The translations under genes were made by a program, and so were the position numbers. Shown here piece by piece: positions 1 to 12,973 of a DNA stretch of 64,000 nucleotides; within the stretch, counting starts at the first letter, position 1, and each line of letters begins with the position of its first letter. Below the pieces are notes generated by a model. The model was not told the DNA's origin. It worked only from the letters and a program-made list of their open reading frames with translations, and made no database searches. Source of the DNA: Phoronis australis (taxonomy: Eukaryota; Animalia; Phoronida); assembly GCA_002633005.1 (NCBI GenBank), contig NMRA01000005.1, positions 1,223,601-1,287,600 of the forward strand, read 5' to 3'.

Positions 1-380
1 TGTCAATAGGAACATTTCAAGTTTGGACTCACTCATTGTAATGCATACTAGGAAGCCTCTGAGGGCTCACAGTGGGGGTTCTTTTTTCAAAGCAGGAAGA
101 AATATACAATGTATATACAAAGTATATGCATTGTTGCTATTTTGACACAGCATTGTAAAAGTCTTGGTCTAGGCAGTTTTTTTAGTAAAAATTTCATCAT
201 AGAAGGCTGTTTTATAAACTTAGATGTAAAAACCTTGATCTATGCATTTTTTGTAAAAAAATCTGTGTGTTTGGGGGTATTGCTGGGGGTGGGGGGTTAC
301 GCGTCGGAATCATGGACGCCCTGGAATATTGGGAACCCCATTTTGGACACCCTATTTTCAAAATCCTGGATAAAGGCCTG

Positions 381-730
381 ACGCTAATATTTTTTTTAAT
401 GTGACAATTTGGGAACATTTACATGTGCTAAATGACCTTAAACTTACTTTTAAATCGATTGGTTATTATTAGAGCAAAATATAAGTAGCTATTAGTGACG
501 ACACTACCCTTTAATTATTGACGATAACAGTAGCACCTGGCTATAACTTCAATTGGACCGAAGTTAACTGTTGATACTGCACCGCAGCGTCGACGCTGCG
601 CTATTAAATCCACCTGTTAACTGCGATGTCAACTGGAGCTGTTAACTATGATCCAGGACCGGAGTTAAGCGTTCATACTGACCGCAACTCCCCAAACCAT
701 CGACGCGTCGACGTTAGTATGAAATGCCCT
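381..730. mobile_element. Partial copy of Harbinger-like MITE family A
   Basis: Aligns by eye with 3860-4208 and, inverted, with 17302-17580; ends in the TIR ...GTATGAAATGCCCT. Confidence 0.7.
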
Positions 731-892
731 ATAGATAAGTCTACCTGATGAAATGCTCATTTGGATAATTAAAACTATGAACTTCCGTTTACATGCCCTT
801 TTTTCCGGCGTTTATTTGGTGTTGCTAAAACGCCAGAAATTTTTCATTTTCTGAATACACGCCCATGGGCTTATCTACGGAAATTCCCGGTA
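729..892. mobile_element. Internally deleted copy of TA-flanked MITE family D
   Basis: Matches both ends of 55437-55869 in inverted orientation; ends GGGCTTATCTACGGAAATTCCCGG-TA. Confidence 0.6.
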
Positions 893-2432
893 ATGACAAT
901 TTCCACAACTTGTTTAAGTTCTGTATTATAGCTGGTACCAGGCAATATTTTGTGAAACTTGTCACAATGTTAGAAACCCTTGAGAAAATAAAGCTAAGGC
1001 TGGCAGTTTTGCCATTTTTTCTGTCTGATGACATTTAACTGTTGAGTTGACTTCAATACGTGTTTTGGTATTTGGGAATTAATTTCCCCCTATTTTACAG
1101 GGGATACACTTTAGATACACGATTTACCTTGAATTCAGCCCCAGGCAGTGCCAAATTACTTGGTCAACCCAATGTTGCTAATTTCAAACTCAATAAATCA
1201 AGTTAGCAGTGGTTTATTTTCCCATTGCAGTTCATGATCTTATCAACTGCAACCAGAAACCATAGCTTGCCATTTTAAAGACTAGGGACAAGGGGCTGCA
1301 TCACAAATCATGATCCAAAACAATGCTTTTCAAAGATCGTACTCTATAAAATCCTTGATCATTTTTGTGGAAAATCAAATGAGCTGTCTTATTGAAATTG
1401 ATTTTTAATTAGATAATAATTGAAGAACCTACTCATGAATGCCTTTGTACGCCGAAGCCACTCACAGTATGTCAGAACCAATGTTGTCTTCTTGACAAAA
1501 CAGGCTGGGGGCGGCCGGAAACCGGCCAGTCTTACTTATACAAATGTGACACTGTCCTTGGGCTCTTAGTCGTATGCTTTAGTTCATTTTGTGCTGTTTT
1601 TTAGATTTACCTTTGTGTGAGAAGACCCTATAAATACTGTCTGAATGTTACATTCTGTGGGAATACAAGGCACAATAGTTGTGTTTGTTGAGGTGCATTT
1701 TTTCACCATTCATCGTTCTTGCTTGCTTGACACCCAAATATTGATTTTTTTGTTTGGCCTCATCGAGTAAAGCCATAGGAGGAGGTATTAATACCCAGCT
1801 AAGTGTTACACTCATTGTAAATAACATGTAATTAGGGTTTGGGCATAGATGACAGTTACAACAGCCACAGATTGGAAAACTTGCTTGGAGGCCTGAACAG
1901 TTACAATCAATAAATCCTACGTCACCTGCATAACTGGTGGCTGTACGTCTGCTTTCTTTTCTACTGGTTGATTCCTTGTTTGAACACTAGATGTCATGTC
2001 ATCTGCATGTTTAGGCAGGTAAATGCCATGTAAAAGTTCAAGCATTTGTGCTTAGCATTGGGAGGGCACATGTCAACAATGTCGAGTGACACGAGTCTGT
2101 GGAGATTGTGCAAGATATTCTTTCTAGTCCGGTTTGGAGATCAAGCTTTCGGATTCTCTGTCCGCTTGATTTCAAGTCATGGTTACTTACAGGTGTCCCA
2201 CATTTTGAGCACCAGTTTGATGCCCTTTATTCAATGGTGAAATCTGGTTCTCAGAATGCTGCAGGACCCTTGTAAGTGATTATTACGGATATAATGTGTT
2301 ACAAAAGTTATTACTCAGATTGCACTATGTTTAAATTAATTCCCACTTGTTTTTCCCCATTTTTGGGATTGCACAACTACCTTGGTGTGACATGGCCTAA
2401 TGTGAAAACTAACTCCTGCATTTCCGTCATGC

Positions 2433-2579
2433 CATGGGCGGCACAGCACCGAAAAAGGTAGAGGGCTATAGGCCCTCTGAGCCCCCTGTGGTACACCGCC
2501 CATAGACCATGGGCGCCGGAGCACTGAAAAAAGTGGGGGGGGGCTTTACCCCCCAGCCCCCTATGGTGCGGCGCCCATG
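2433..2579. mobile_element. Small GC-rich hAT-like MITE with 5-bp TSD
   Basis: Termini CATGGGCG...CGCCCATG flanked by CATGC on both sides. Confidence 0.6.
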
Positions 2580-3059
2580 CATGCCATCAATATTTTGCAG
2601 GTCATTTAAATTTTGATTATCTTGTGGAGTGCTTACAAAATGGCTTCAACAGTTGAATGACACTAAACTTCTGAACGTTCTTGAAAGTGTTAGTCTTTTC
2701 TGGGGTGGAATTGCAGTGTCGTTACCTCATTTAAAATTCATTTGAAGCAATCACATTTTCAATCAACCAAAAAGCCTGCATTTGGGTATATTATTTCACT
2801 TCTTCAGAATGTTGTATGTGAAACTTCTGGCAGCGGTGTTAATTCCCCAAATAAACCTTTTCTTAGGTATTTTATTTGAAAAAGGCACCTTTCCTTGTCT
2901 TCTAGTGACATGGTATGCACATAATGGAATGACATATTAAACTGTTAAAAACAACCTGCCTCAGTCCCTGTATACCACTTGGGGAGTGAACTGTGAGATT
3001 TATGGCTTGTCTAGCAATTAGCATCCCACAGGATTTCCCATTTGCTTGTGCAAGTTTAA

Positions 3060-4208
3060 TGGCCCTTTCATAGTAGTGGTGCTCCACACTTAACTAAACG
3101 CCAAGTCGCATTTAGCCACCTGACAAGAAACCCAGGTCGCCAAATGACATCTGAGGTCGCCAAATGGCATCTGAGGTCACCAAAATTGAAAACAAAATAA
3201 TGAAATCATCGGCATCGATAGCTGAGGTTCCATATTCGACATAAATTTTTGTCGACCAAAAAAGGTCGTACAAGGCTGTAACAGCAACCATTTTCCTTCT
3301 GGTTCACTAATTTTCACCATAGCCATTCAGTCTCTAACCCAGTTATTACTCCTACCAACGGACGAGCAGAGGACCCAGACGACGGCATGGCCTGATGGTG
3401 CGAATTTCGACAATCTTGCCCGATTTTTACCGAACAATTCCGACTTCTGTCTGTTTACTTCCTGTTATAATTGCAACATGGTGGCAGATGCGTTCAATTC
3501 ACGAAATATAAAGGAAACAATTGTGAATCAAAGGTAATAAATTAAGAACACTATTAGTAATTTCAAGTTTGGAAGTCAACACGAACCTTGAAACGAATGT
3601 AGGGGGAAATATTGTTTGACTATGATACATGTAGTGGCGACCTTGTTGCGACTTGGAATTTTTCCTAGGAAGCCAAACACAAACTGCAGGTCGCCAATTC
3701 GAGTGCTGTACTGACTTAACTCCAGTGTGAGCAGAGTATCGACATAAAGTTAACTAAACTGTTCATACCGACTTCGATAGTTAACGGACATTGAAGTAAA
3801 TGGTAGGTGACGTTGTTGTCATCAAAGTAATCGCAAGCTAGCACTGATACATCCCATGCGCGCTAACATTTTTTTAATGTGACAATTTGGGAACATTTAC
3901 ATGTGCTAATGGACATAAAACGTATTTCACATTCGATTGGTGATTATTCGAGCAAAATACAAGCAACTATTAACAAAGACACTGCCCTTTAATTGTTGAC
4001 GATAACAGTGACCCCTGACAGTAACTTCAGTGGGACCGAAGTTGACCGTTCATACTGCACCACAGCGTCAACGCTCCGCTGTTAAGTCTGCCTGTTTATT
4101 GCGAAGTTAACTAGCACTGTTAACTTCGATCCAAGACCGAAGTTAACTGTTCATACTGACCGCAACTCCCCAAAACATTGATGCGTCACCGTCAGTATGA
4201 AAGGGCCT
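3060..4208. mobile_element. Full-length Harbinger-like MITE family A with nested insertion
   Basis: TIRs GGCCCTTTCATA...TATGAAAGGGCC, flanked by TAA/CAA; the left TIR is interrupted by the 3077-3708 element. Confidence 0.65.
3077..3708. mobile_element. Nested hAT-like non-autonomous element
   Basis: Degenerate termini TGGTGCTC...GAGTGCTG and subterminal GGTCGCCAA repeats at both ends; the host TIR resumes (TACTGAC) directly after 3708. Confidence 0.5.
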
Positions 4209-4211
4209 CAA

Positions 4212-4517
4212 AGCTGCATTTACACGGGAGACAGCTGTCTCTGAGCAACTAACACAGAACAGCTGATCAGGTGCAAGTGAGTGTGTAAACACGACTGACA
4301 CGGTAGGGGTTTGAAAGGTAGAGCGAGTTGCACTCGATTAGTTACACGTCTAAACTCATCTGGGGCAGGGTGGAAAGGGTTCAAATTTCAAAGCGTTCTC
4401 AGCGCAGTATTTGTGTAAGTGACCGGTGCTTATTCAGTTTGCGATCTAATGTCAGGTAAATGCGACTTAAGTAGATCAAGTCGCACTGTGACAACTGTTC
4501 CCTGTGTAAAAACAGCA
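4212..4517. mobile_element. Harbinger-like MITE
   Basis: TIRs AGCTGCATTTACACGGGAGACAGCTGTC / GACAACTGTTCCCTGTGTAAAAACAGCA, flanked by CAA/TAA. Confidence 0.6.
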
Positions 4518-6787
4518 TAAGGTAAAAATGAGCTTGCTTATAAAGCCAACAAAAGCCTATGTGTTTTTTATTTTGAGACTTTGCTCATTGACTAAAAAAG
4601 AAAATGCCCACCTGCATCATTTTCTTAAAAAAACAGACCACAAGCGATTGTTGCTTGTTTGACCTTTATTACTGGCATAAATTTGGTGTAGGCCTTCTGT
4701 CCAATGCTGTGTTTTGATGATAATTATGACACTGCACAAACTGATCTGGCACAAGAGGATGGTTGTTCACATGCCTACTAAGATGTCTCCAGACAGGTAA
4801 TTAATTGTCCAAGCACAAGTGACCATGTGTGCAAAAATTAAACCTGGGCATCTTGATACTGGTGGGGCAAGATGCAATGGTTAACTAACATGGAATTCTA
4901 CAAGCATAATTGAGCTGTCAATTTGTTCAGTGTCAAATTCTGTTTACATGCGTAGCTGCTCCATGTCTGTCTGTGCTGTCAAAAGTGTAATGTAAACCAC
5001 ACACAAGATGTAGCTGTATAGTATACTACCCTCACCAAACTGTTTCTCATTTTCTGTTATAAAAACTCAGTCAATGTCTTAATAGTTTTTGTGGTCTGAG
5101 GAGTGTTCGCCTGAGCAAAAGCACAGAGTGTCTTGTGCTCTCTTAGTTCCATAAGATTAGGTTTATTTGTGAAAACATTAATTACTTAACCTCGTTTTAC
5201 TTCAATGTAGCAGTTCAATTTACATTTCCCCAACTAATTGGTCAGCATTGCCTGAAGTTATTTGATGCAGTTTACTTGTCTTGCTAAATACTCATTTGGC
5301 TTCTTTAGTCATGTCAATGGAGCCAACAAAATTAATCTTTTTCTGTTGTGTTGTCCAACGCTAGTTGAAGCCTGAGGCAATGTTTCACAACAGTTGACTT
5401 TTCGTTGTATGGATATCGACTTGTAGAACAACTGCTAAAGCTGATTTATTGCTTCTGGGCTGCTTTGTTCTCAGTCTGATTATGAGTTGTAAAACGATTG
5501 TCGACGCCAGATCCGGTGAAATTTAAAGGTTCATCCTAGTGTCGCACACTGGTTTGTGGTAGAATCTTTCTGTTAATTAAAGGGGCTCAGAGCATGGATG
5601 CTAGAATTCATAAACCTATATCCAATCAGTGTGAATAATTTCTTAAGGGGAAGGGGGACTCTTTAATAAAATCCCTGCATAGTCTATAGAGAGATAAAAT
5701 CTAAATAAAATAAATCTGTGTTGATGTTGTTCACAGCCAGCATATTTTCAGCATTAATTTTCGTGTCTTTTTATTGGTAGGCTGATAATCACTTCATCAA
5801 TAAGTCCGTTGAGTAATACTTTCTTAACTGATTATCAAAAACTACTTTGATGGAATTAAGCCAGGATTTGGCGTTCGACTCGTTGAACATTTGAACGAGA
5901 GTGTTCAAACTAATTGCTCATCTAAATCTTGTCCTTTATCGAGCTTGATTTGGCTTATTTCGAACAAATGCTTATGTTGTTATCTTATTTAGCCGGTTTA
6001 GCGTCTGTGCTCGTTGAAATTGAAATAAAAAGTCGGGATGGGCAGCAAATCAATGCTTGGCGTTTTATAGGAGATCTTCGGGAAGTCTGGGAAGGCAGGG
6101 AAGGTGTTTGTCTGAACTGCCAACTGTGGTCAATGACCAGGGAATTAAATGTATATAAAAATTTTTTTAATCCTTCATTATTGTGATTTGTATTATTCAA
6201 CTACAGAAAAGTCTAAGGTGATATTTTATCTATCTTAAAACACTAGTTGGTATGTATTTTGATTATTTAGAAATGAGGTCATCAGCTTTTGAAAAATAGG
6301 AATTCGTATCTGGTGTATATACCACCATAATGCTTAGGGGCTTGATCATTGTGTTATGCGTTTTATTTTTGTTGGTTGTGCGAGTGGATCACAGTGTGAT
6401 TGTCTTTCAACAACAACAACAAATCATTCATTAGCAGTGCCTTTATCGCAAGATTTGTTACTTGTGATCAGTCCGTTTTTATCATCTGGACGCTTGTAAA
6501 AACATGCAAGCAAGGAAGTAGTCCTTATTGTTAACTGAATTTCACGGGTGACTTAAACGACCAAAAGTCGGACCCCTGGGAAGAAGTCAATTTCTTTGCT
6601 ATGAACTTCTGCATTTTCTCACACTGTCATTGAGCCTCTCTGCCGACAGTTTTAGCCTCAACATTCACTATTTTTTGGCACAGAAGCCTTAGTGATTGAC
6701 AATTTTTCGCAAAATGTGCCAGATTAATTTTCAAAATCAATTATTTTCTGTAACATTTTTGAAATAGAGCTATTTGGAAAACTTAAT

Positions 6788-8500
6788 TACAGTAAAAATT
6801 CCCGAGTTTAGGACAATGAAAAAATATATATTTTGAACCTAAGTGTTTTAAGTGGGCAATATTGGCCGTCCAAAATTCGAGAAATGTGAGAAAGCCAGTA
6901 AAATCGACGGTGTCCGAAATGTACAAATTTATGGGGTTGGGTGCCGACAACGTTTCGATTTGTAGTTTTAGACAGTTTGAACAGAAGCGCAGATTTGTAA
7001 TCGTTATTGCTGACAAGAAATTCACACAAGGTCCTCAAAACATAAACAGTGATGTTACTGACTCTGAACACAATCCACTTGCCAAACTTTATGATAGGAA
7101 ACGTATACTTGTCATGTAACATGCCTTGACTGATTATTCGTTAGTATCCATTGGTGCTCAACATCTTCGCGTTAAATTGTTAGCAAACCGAACACAGACG
7201 ACACGACTGCAGTATATGTAACCCTGGTTTGTTTCTGGGAATCGCGTGCGACATACTTATGAGTCACCTGTCACTCAAACAGTCCTTAGCGAGACGTTCT
7301 CACCAACGAGATAAATGTAAATAAGGACCCTGCAGTCTTAGCTCAATTACTGACGTATCTGGGCATTTATTTCAAAATAATAGAACTGTTGCTTAATGCA
7401 ACTGCGGTATATTCAATCAATTAAAATTTTGAATTATTCCAAAACATAACGGTAGGCCAGATCGCAATTGAATCAGTAGAGCCTTCGTAGTTCTAACCGT
7501 AAAACATCACCACGTGCAAGGGACTGTTCAAGTAGCCGGCTACAAGTGCGTTAGCTTCTTCGACGCTAATTATGCTTTAATATAAGAGCTGTCTGTCCCG
7601 AAAATCTCGGCCCTTGCATTCCTGATACTGCTGTTGTAATTTTATCTGTCCTACATTCTCTCCGGCCCGATAGCAGTGCCGTACGATTGTGAATAAATTC
7701 AATTGTTTTTTTATGTGCGTATGTATTTTTAGATTGATCTCTGCTGCGGGCCCAGGTTTCATTTTACAAATCAAATGCCATGGGTCAAATGACCCATGAA
7801 AGGGACTGAGGAGGGGTGGAAACGGAGCAAGTTTGACTAAAGATTAACAGGTTCACACTCTGTTTTAGATGGTTTCAAAATTCTTAACCTTGGTACGAGA
7901 GCCCAAACATTTCGTGTAGAATACAAAATAGGCTAATAAATAGAATGTTCGCAGAAAATTTTGAAGACGTGAACCCGGGATCTGACTTGGTAACAAAATG
8001 GTCTCATCACCGGTGCTTGTTCATTAGCTGTTAATCCAAATACAAAGCGTGACACTGTTGCAATTCCGCGAAAGTTGGAGTACATAATTTTATTTGCATA
8101 GTGAAACCGCGATCAAGCGTGGCAAATAGTTTGAGTCTGTGATTACGACTGCCAAGAAAACGTGCGAGATATACACAAACCATCCACATCGATAACTATA
8201 GACTGCAACATCAGTCAATACATTACACCGGCGGCGGTTTAAATGATGTGCAAATAATCACTGTTACTTGATGAACTTTCAGATTTTACATTCAGCCTCC
8301 GATCATGTGAAAAAGCACACTGTCTGAAATGTGAGAATACGGCCAATACCGATAAAATCAACGTATCCGAAATTTGAGAAATATGGTGAATGCCAAATTT
8401 GACCATATACCAAATTTCAGAATCAAAAAGTTCAGTTTAGGGTTGGATTTAGGTGTCTGAAATTCGGGAGACTGTCCTAAATTTGGGACTTTTTATCATA
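6788..8500. mobile_element. TA-flanked Tc1/mariner-like non-autonomous element (~1.7 kb)
   Basis: TACAGTAAAAATTCCCGAGTTTAGGACA versus TGTCCTAAATTTGGGACTTTTTATCATA, with repeated TCCGAAATT motifs; related fragments near 13820-13986 and 15270-15447. Confidence 0.55.
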
Positions 8501-10405
8501 GTTGTCAAATAGGATATTGAATAGTGTCAAGCTGCTGATATCAGGCTTGAGCAGTGTCTGCAGATTAGTTAATTGTTTTACGTGTATTTACTAGGTTTTG
8601 TCAATTTGTCCGATACCACAATCAACTGGTGTAGGGCACACACAGCTGTAGAACCTCGGGTTCTTGCCTGTGATTAAAATTACAGTGAAATCACTTTGGG
8701 CACCATAGGGCAGACTGGTGAAATTTCAGTCTCTTACTTTTCCCATACGTAGCACCAAATTACTGTTTTTCCTTGTTTAAGTTTTAGAGTTCATCTACCA
8801 TCAGAAAATTTTGAAAAATTGAGCATTGACGACAATGTGGGATTCCCTGAGAAATGAAAAAATATAGCTTTTGGCAATTTTTTCTGTTTGAAATTTGTGA
8901 GATTGTATCGTAATACGTGTTATTGCGTGCAAAACGCTTTTTATTTGTTTGTCCAGTTTATTTGTTATGAGCTTATTGAGGCGACATTGTGTTAGCGGTG
9001 ATTATAGCAACAGCTTCGGTCAATAACATGACAGACAAAAAGATAAGAGATTATTATGTGAGTAATCGCTCAGACAAAGATTTGATGGTGCATGATTTAA
9101 ACTGACTGAAAGTGATTATTTGCCCGCTCTGAAGAACAGAATCAGTGTGGATGTGAACTCTTGGAAATTGTCTTCACATAAAATTCCAGAACTCAAACAT
9201 TTTAAATTTTAATCAGGGGCACAATTTGAGTAGTTTTTTTAATTGACATCTACTTTAATGAGCACTTTAAAAGACATTTTCAGTAATAAATGCGATTATC
9301 TGAGATCAGTCTCTGCGGGGAGATTAACTTCCCTCTCGCTCTACTGGTCAAAGTTAATAATTAAGTCTATCCCATCTAACAATGATCGACAGAATGAATT
9401 TTCCATCCTAAAACCATGAAGTTAACTGGCGGTGTAGTGGAGAATAGTGGTAATTCGTTTTCATATTTTAGGCAGTTAAACAGGGTGGAATGCAGCTTTA
9501 AGCATGTCAGATACATTAGTGCAAAATCAGTCATCCATAGGTTGTTAGTCAATGCTGTTACCAAGATTCATTTTAATGTACAAGTACCTGTGTCAATGCT
9601 AATAAAACAAGCATTTCTTTACCTGGTTACTTGTTCCTAACACCAATAAATCTAGTCACCTTTCTAAATTCACGCTCAAATGCTCCTAGTAAGCTAGAAA
9701 AGACACTGGTGGGTTTCACATCATAAGTTGGGTATTGGCAACCAGCCATCATGGAATCCTCCCCTATTTACATGACATAACATCAATATTTATTACAAAT
9801 TTCACCAAACATTTTTCCCATCACGCAGGAACAAAGAAGGTCGATTAAAAATGGATGGACCCTTATCATTAATCTAGATGTCCGCGCCAAATTTCTTCAT
9901 TAAGTTGTCTTGTAGCTGAGTTGCACAGCCATGTCAGGTCCAAGTCCCGCCATTTTTACAGGCACCAGTACAGCTGGATCAAACAAAGATGGCGCTACTT
10001 TACACATCATAAGCATCCGTACTCTCTATTTCATTTTCGTCAACTTAATTGTCATCGCTTTCGTCAGACAAATGTCATTGTTGAAAGTACAGTAGTTCTT
10101 GGTAAAAATGGAACTTATCCTCCATAGCTATTGACAAACTGATAAAACCTGCCTATGTCGTCAGGCGCTCGATTGGGAGAATTGAGACTCCGATCACAAA
10201 AAAGTGATTCGGCTGTAGGCAAGTGCATTGGGCATTTCAGAAGTTCAAAATTACTATGAATAACGAAGGTATATAACTGTTTAGACAAACCCCCCAGATT
10301 TCTACTTTAAGGGGTTGTGCATAAGCAAGCTATCATATTTTATTTGTAGCTAACTTGTTAAAGGTTATGACAAGTGTGTGCATCACTTGATAACAACGAA
10401 CTTAA

Positions 10406-10564
<159 letters not shown>

Positions 10565-11806
10565 TGAGTCTAATGTAGTTTTGCTGCAGTGCCTCCTTCA
10601 GACAAAATTTGTTGAACACGCAGTAATGTTTACTATTAATAATTTTCGATGATGTTCGCTTGAGCTCTATGTATCTTTGACGGTCATCTGTAGCTAAATA
10701 ATAAAGCAGACGGCTAAGTGACGTAAGAAAATTAATGATTCAAATAATGACAGCTGTATTTCGAGACTGTTTGAATAGTAGAGTGAATGTCGTTGAAGAT
10801 TATTAACGGTGAATATTATTGTGTGTTCAACAAATTATGTCCATAGAAAGTACATCTGTGTGCATTCTTCTCTAATTTCTTTCTGTCCATTTCACGGGGG
10901 CTTTCCCATAGGAGGGGTAATGATGCGCTGCGTATTCTTATGGGGTGTTGCCCTCTCTAGTGTGTGGTGTGATGTTGCACCCCTTGTTTTTAGTTTTAGG
11001 GAGAGTTGCCGAGCACGGTTGTGTCTTGGGTATTTCTTTCATTATTTGGTTCTGTATTGTGCGCTCATTTCCCAGGTTATTGCATGTATGGATTTCGGTC
11101 CCTCGATTCTTGTTCACCATTGTTCAACAACTCCCCTGTGATTACATGTTTGTCGTAATAAAAATGAAAAATGAACAACACGGTATCCCTGTCATTCAGA
11201 ACATGTGCTCAACCGCTATCACGCTCTTCCAAGTTCATCTGTGTCAAGGCCATAAAGTGAGTAGAAGTAGCAGACAGTAGTAAGTCAATATATTCATTCA
11301 ATCACGTCGTTGCGTCGCTTCTTTTTAAACTCAAGTGCCGAGACCTCAGTGTTAACCATTACCATAAATCAGCAGACCTAGCAACGTTCAGCTCAGTGCA
11401 TAATGTCTATTTTAACACTTCCTGTGGTCTCCCTGATGCACCTCATGCTGCGTTTTAATGGTTGCGCAGAGATTCTGGGCATAGAATCAGATTGTCTAGA
11501 AGTACATCCATCTTGAGTCGATAATACATTGTTGAAAACTAATTTGCTTCTCATCGGCATAAAGTACAATTTTTATTGCGTATGATTATAGTGATTTGTA
11601 ACGAATGTTGTCAGGTTTTTGTATTTTAAATATGGGTGAATCGAGAACAGTGTTGAAGCGCTTGCATATTTTTGATTGACTATGGTGGAGTTTGCAAGTT
11701 GTATTTTTGAATAAAAATCATTTCTCTCTTGTGGAAGGGTTAACCAGACCTGCTTTACAACAGCTACTATTATGAAGGGAAAACTTGGAGACACTATGGC
11801 CACTTT

Positions 11807-11937
11807 CCCACCACACCCACGCCCCACACCTTCACACATACCCTCCCCCACACACCCCCACACCCCCCCTCACACCCTACACACACCCCTTCACCCCCTA
11901 CACACCCTGCCAACACCCCCACACCCCCTACACACCC
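11807..11937. repeat. C/A-rich low-complexity tract (CACACCCC-like units)
   Basis: Directly visible; the minus strand has many G3+ runs. Confidence 0.85.
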
Positions 11938-12856
11938 TGGTCAGTTGAGCATCCACATTGCACTTCCTATACCTTGCAAAGGGGATTAGACACCTGTTTC
12001 TAACTGAGAAAATGCACAGAAACACCCGTTTGTAACTGAGAAAATGCACAGCTTCCAATATTACTTCCTCCTTGTCTGCATGCAACTTGCGTTCACACTG
12101 CGACTTATGCTGGTGCAAGTTACCCTGGGTGGTGTGAACAGCACTTATGTGGATGTGACATGAACTTTGAAAGGCTTTTTTAAGAAAATGGAACTTTATA
12201 TGCTTCATTTGGCTCCAGGAACTGATTTGGTTTGATACCTTATCGTTTAATACTTTTTATTTTTAAAACTAGCTATTGGTAATTATTTGTATTTCAATCA
12301 ACTAGCTAGCTAATATGAGCTGTCAAGAGTCGGGTATTCGGTTTGTAACACTCAAGTTGTCAGCATTTGTTCACTGAGTGCACATTCAATATTTGCCCAT
12401 GCAACCTGAGCAAAATTGTTATAAAATATTTGCTGTACACTTTTATGTATTGATTGGATTTTGCTGTGAGCTTGTGCAAGCAGGTCGCTGTGATTGTTCA
12501 GACCTCACCAGTGTCCTGCCGAGATGATTGACTTGCGTTTCTAAAGCCTTCCCAGTATAACGCTTTGTGAGTGGGTTCAACGAATGTTCAGCATTTCTTC
12601 CCGGTGCTGTTTCAGCTGTTAACAAATTGCAGCTTTGATCATCTGGTTGTTTACATCACTGGAAAAGTGATTCTGCTAATCCATTTAATTGAAAGATTTC
12701 TGCACACAGGTCTTGTTATTAGGCTGACTGAAAACTAGTCACCATAAAGGGGAAATTTTCTGTTTTTCATGTTACTTTTAGCGAGAGTACAGCAGCTCCT
12801 TGGCTATCTTGGATACTTTTGGATGGGCTACGCTTACTATTGGAGCAATAATAGAC

Positions 12857-12973
12857 AGTGATGTAAACAGCCCAGCGAAAGGCCACCATCTTGGTTTTGC
12901 ATTCAGGTCCATACTGAATGGATGTGAATGTAGAACCAAGATGGTGGCCAAGTGCTGGGCTGTTCACATCACT
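12857..12973. repeat. Palindromic hairpin element (~117 bp)
   Basis: AGTGATGTAAACAGCCCAGC..GGCCACCATCTTGGTTTTGCATTCA pairs with TGAATGTAGAACCAAGATGGTGGCC..GCTGGGCTGTTCACATCACT. Confidence 0.75.

Noticed and set aside
10809-11280. Overlapping hydrophobic ORFs just after the first visible CAMK1 exon
   Set aside because: T/G-rich intronic composition, no recognisable domain or consistent splice sites.
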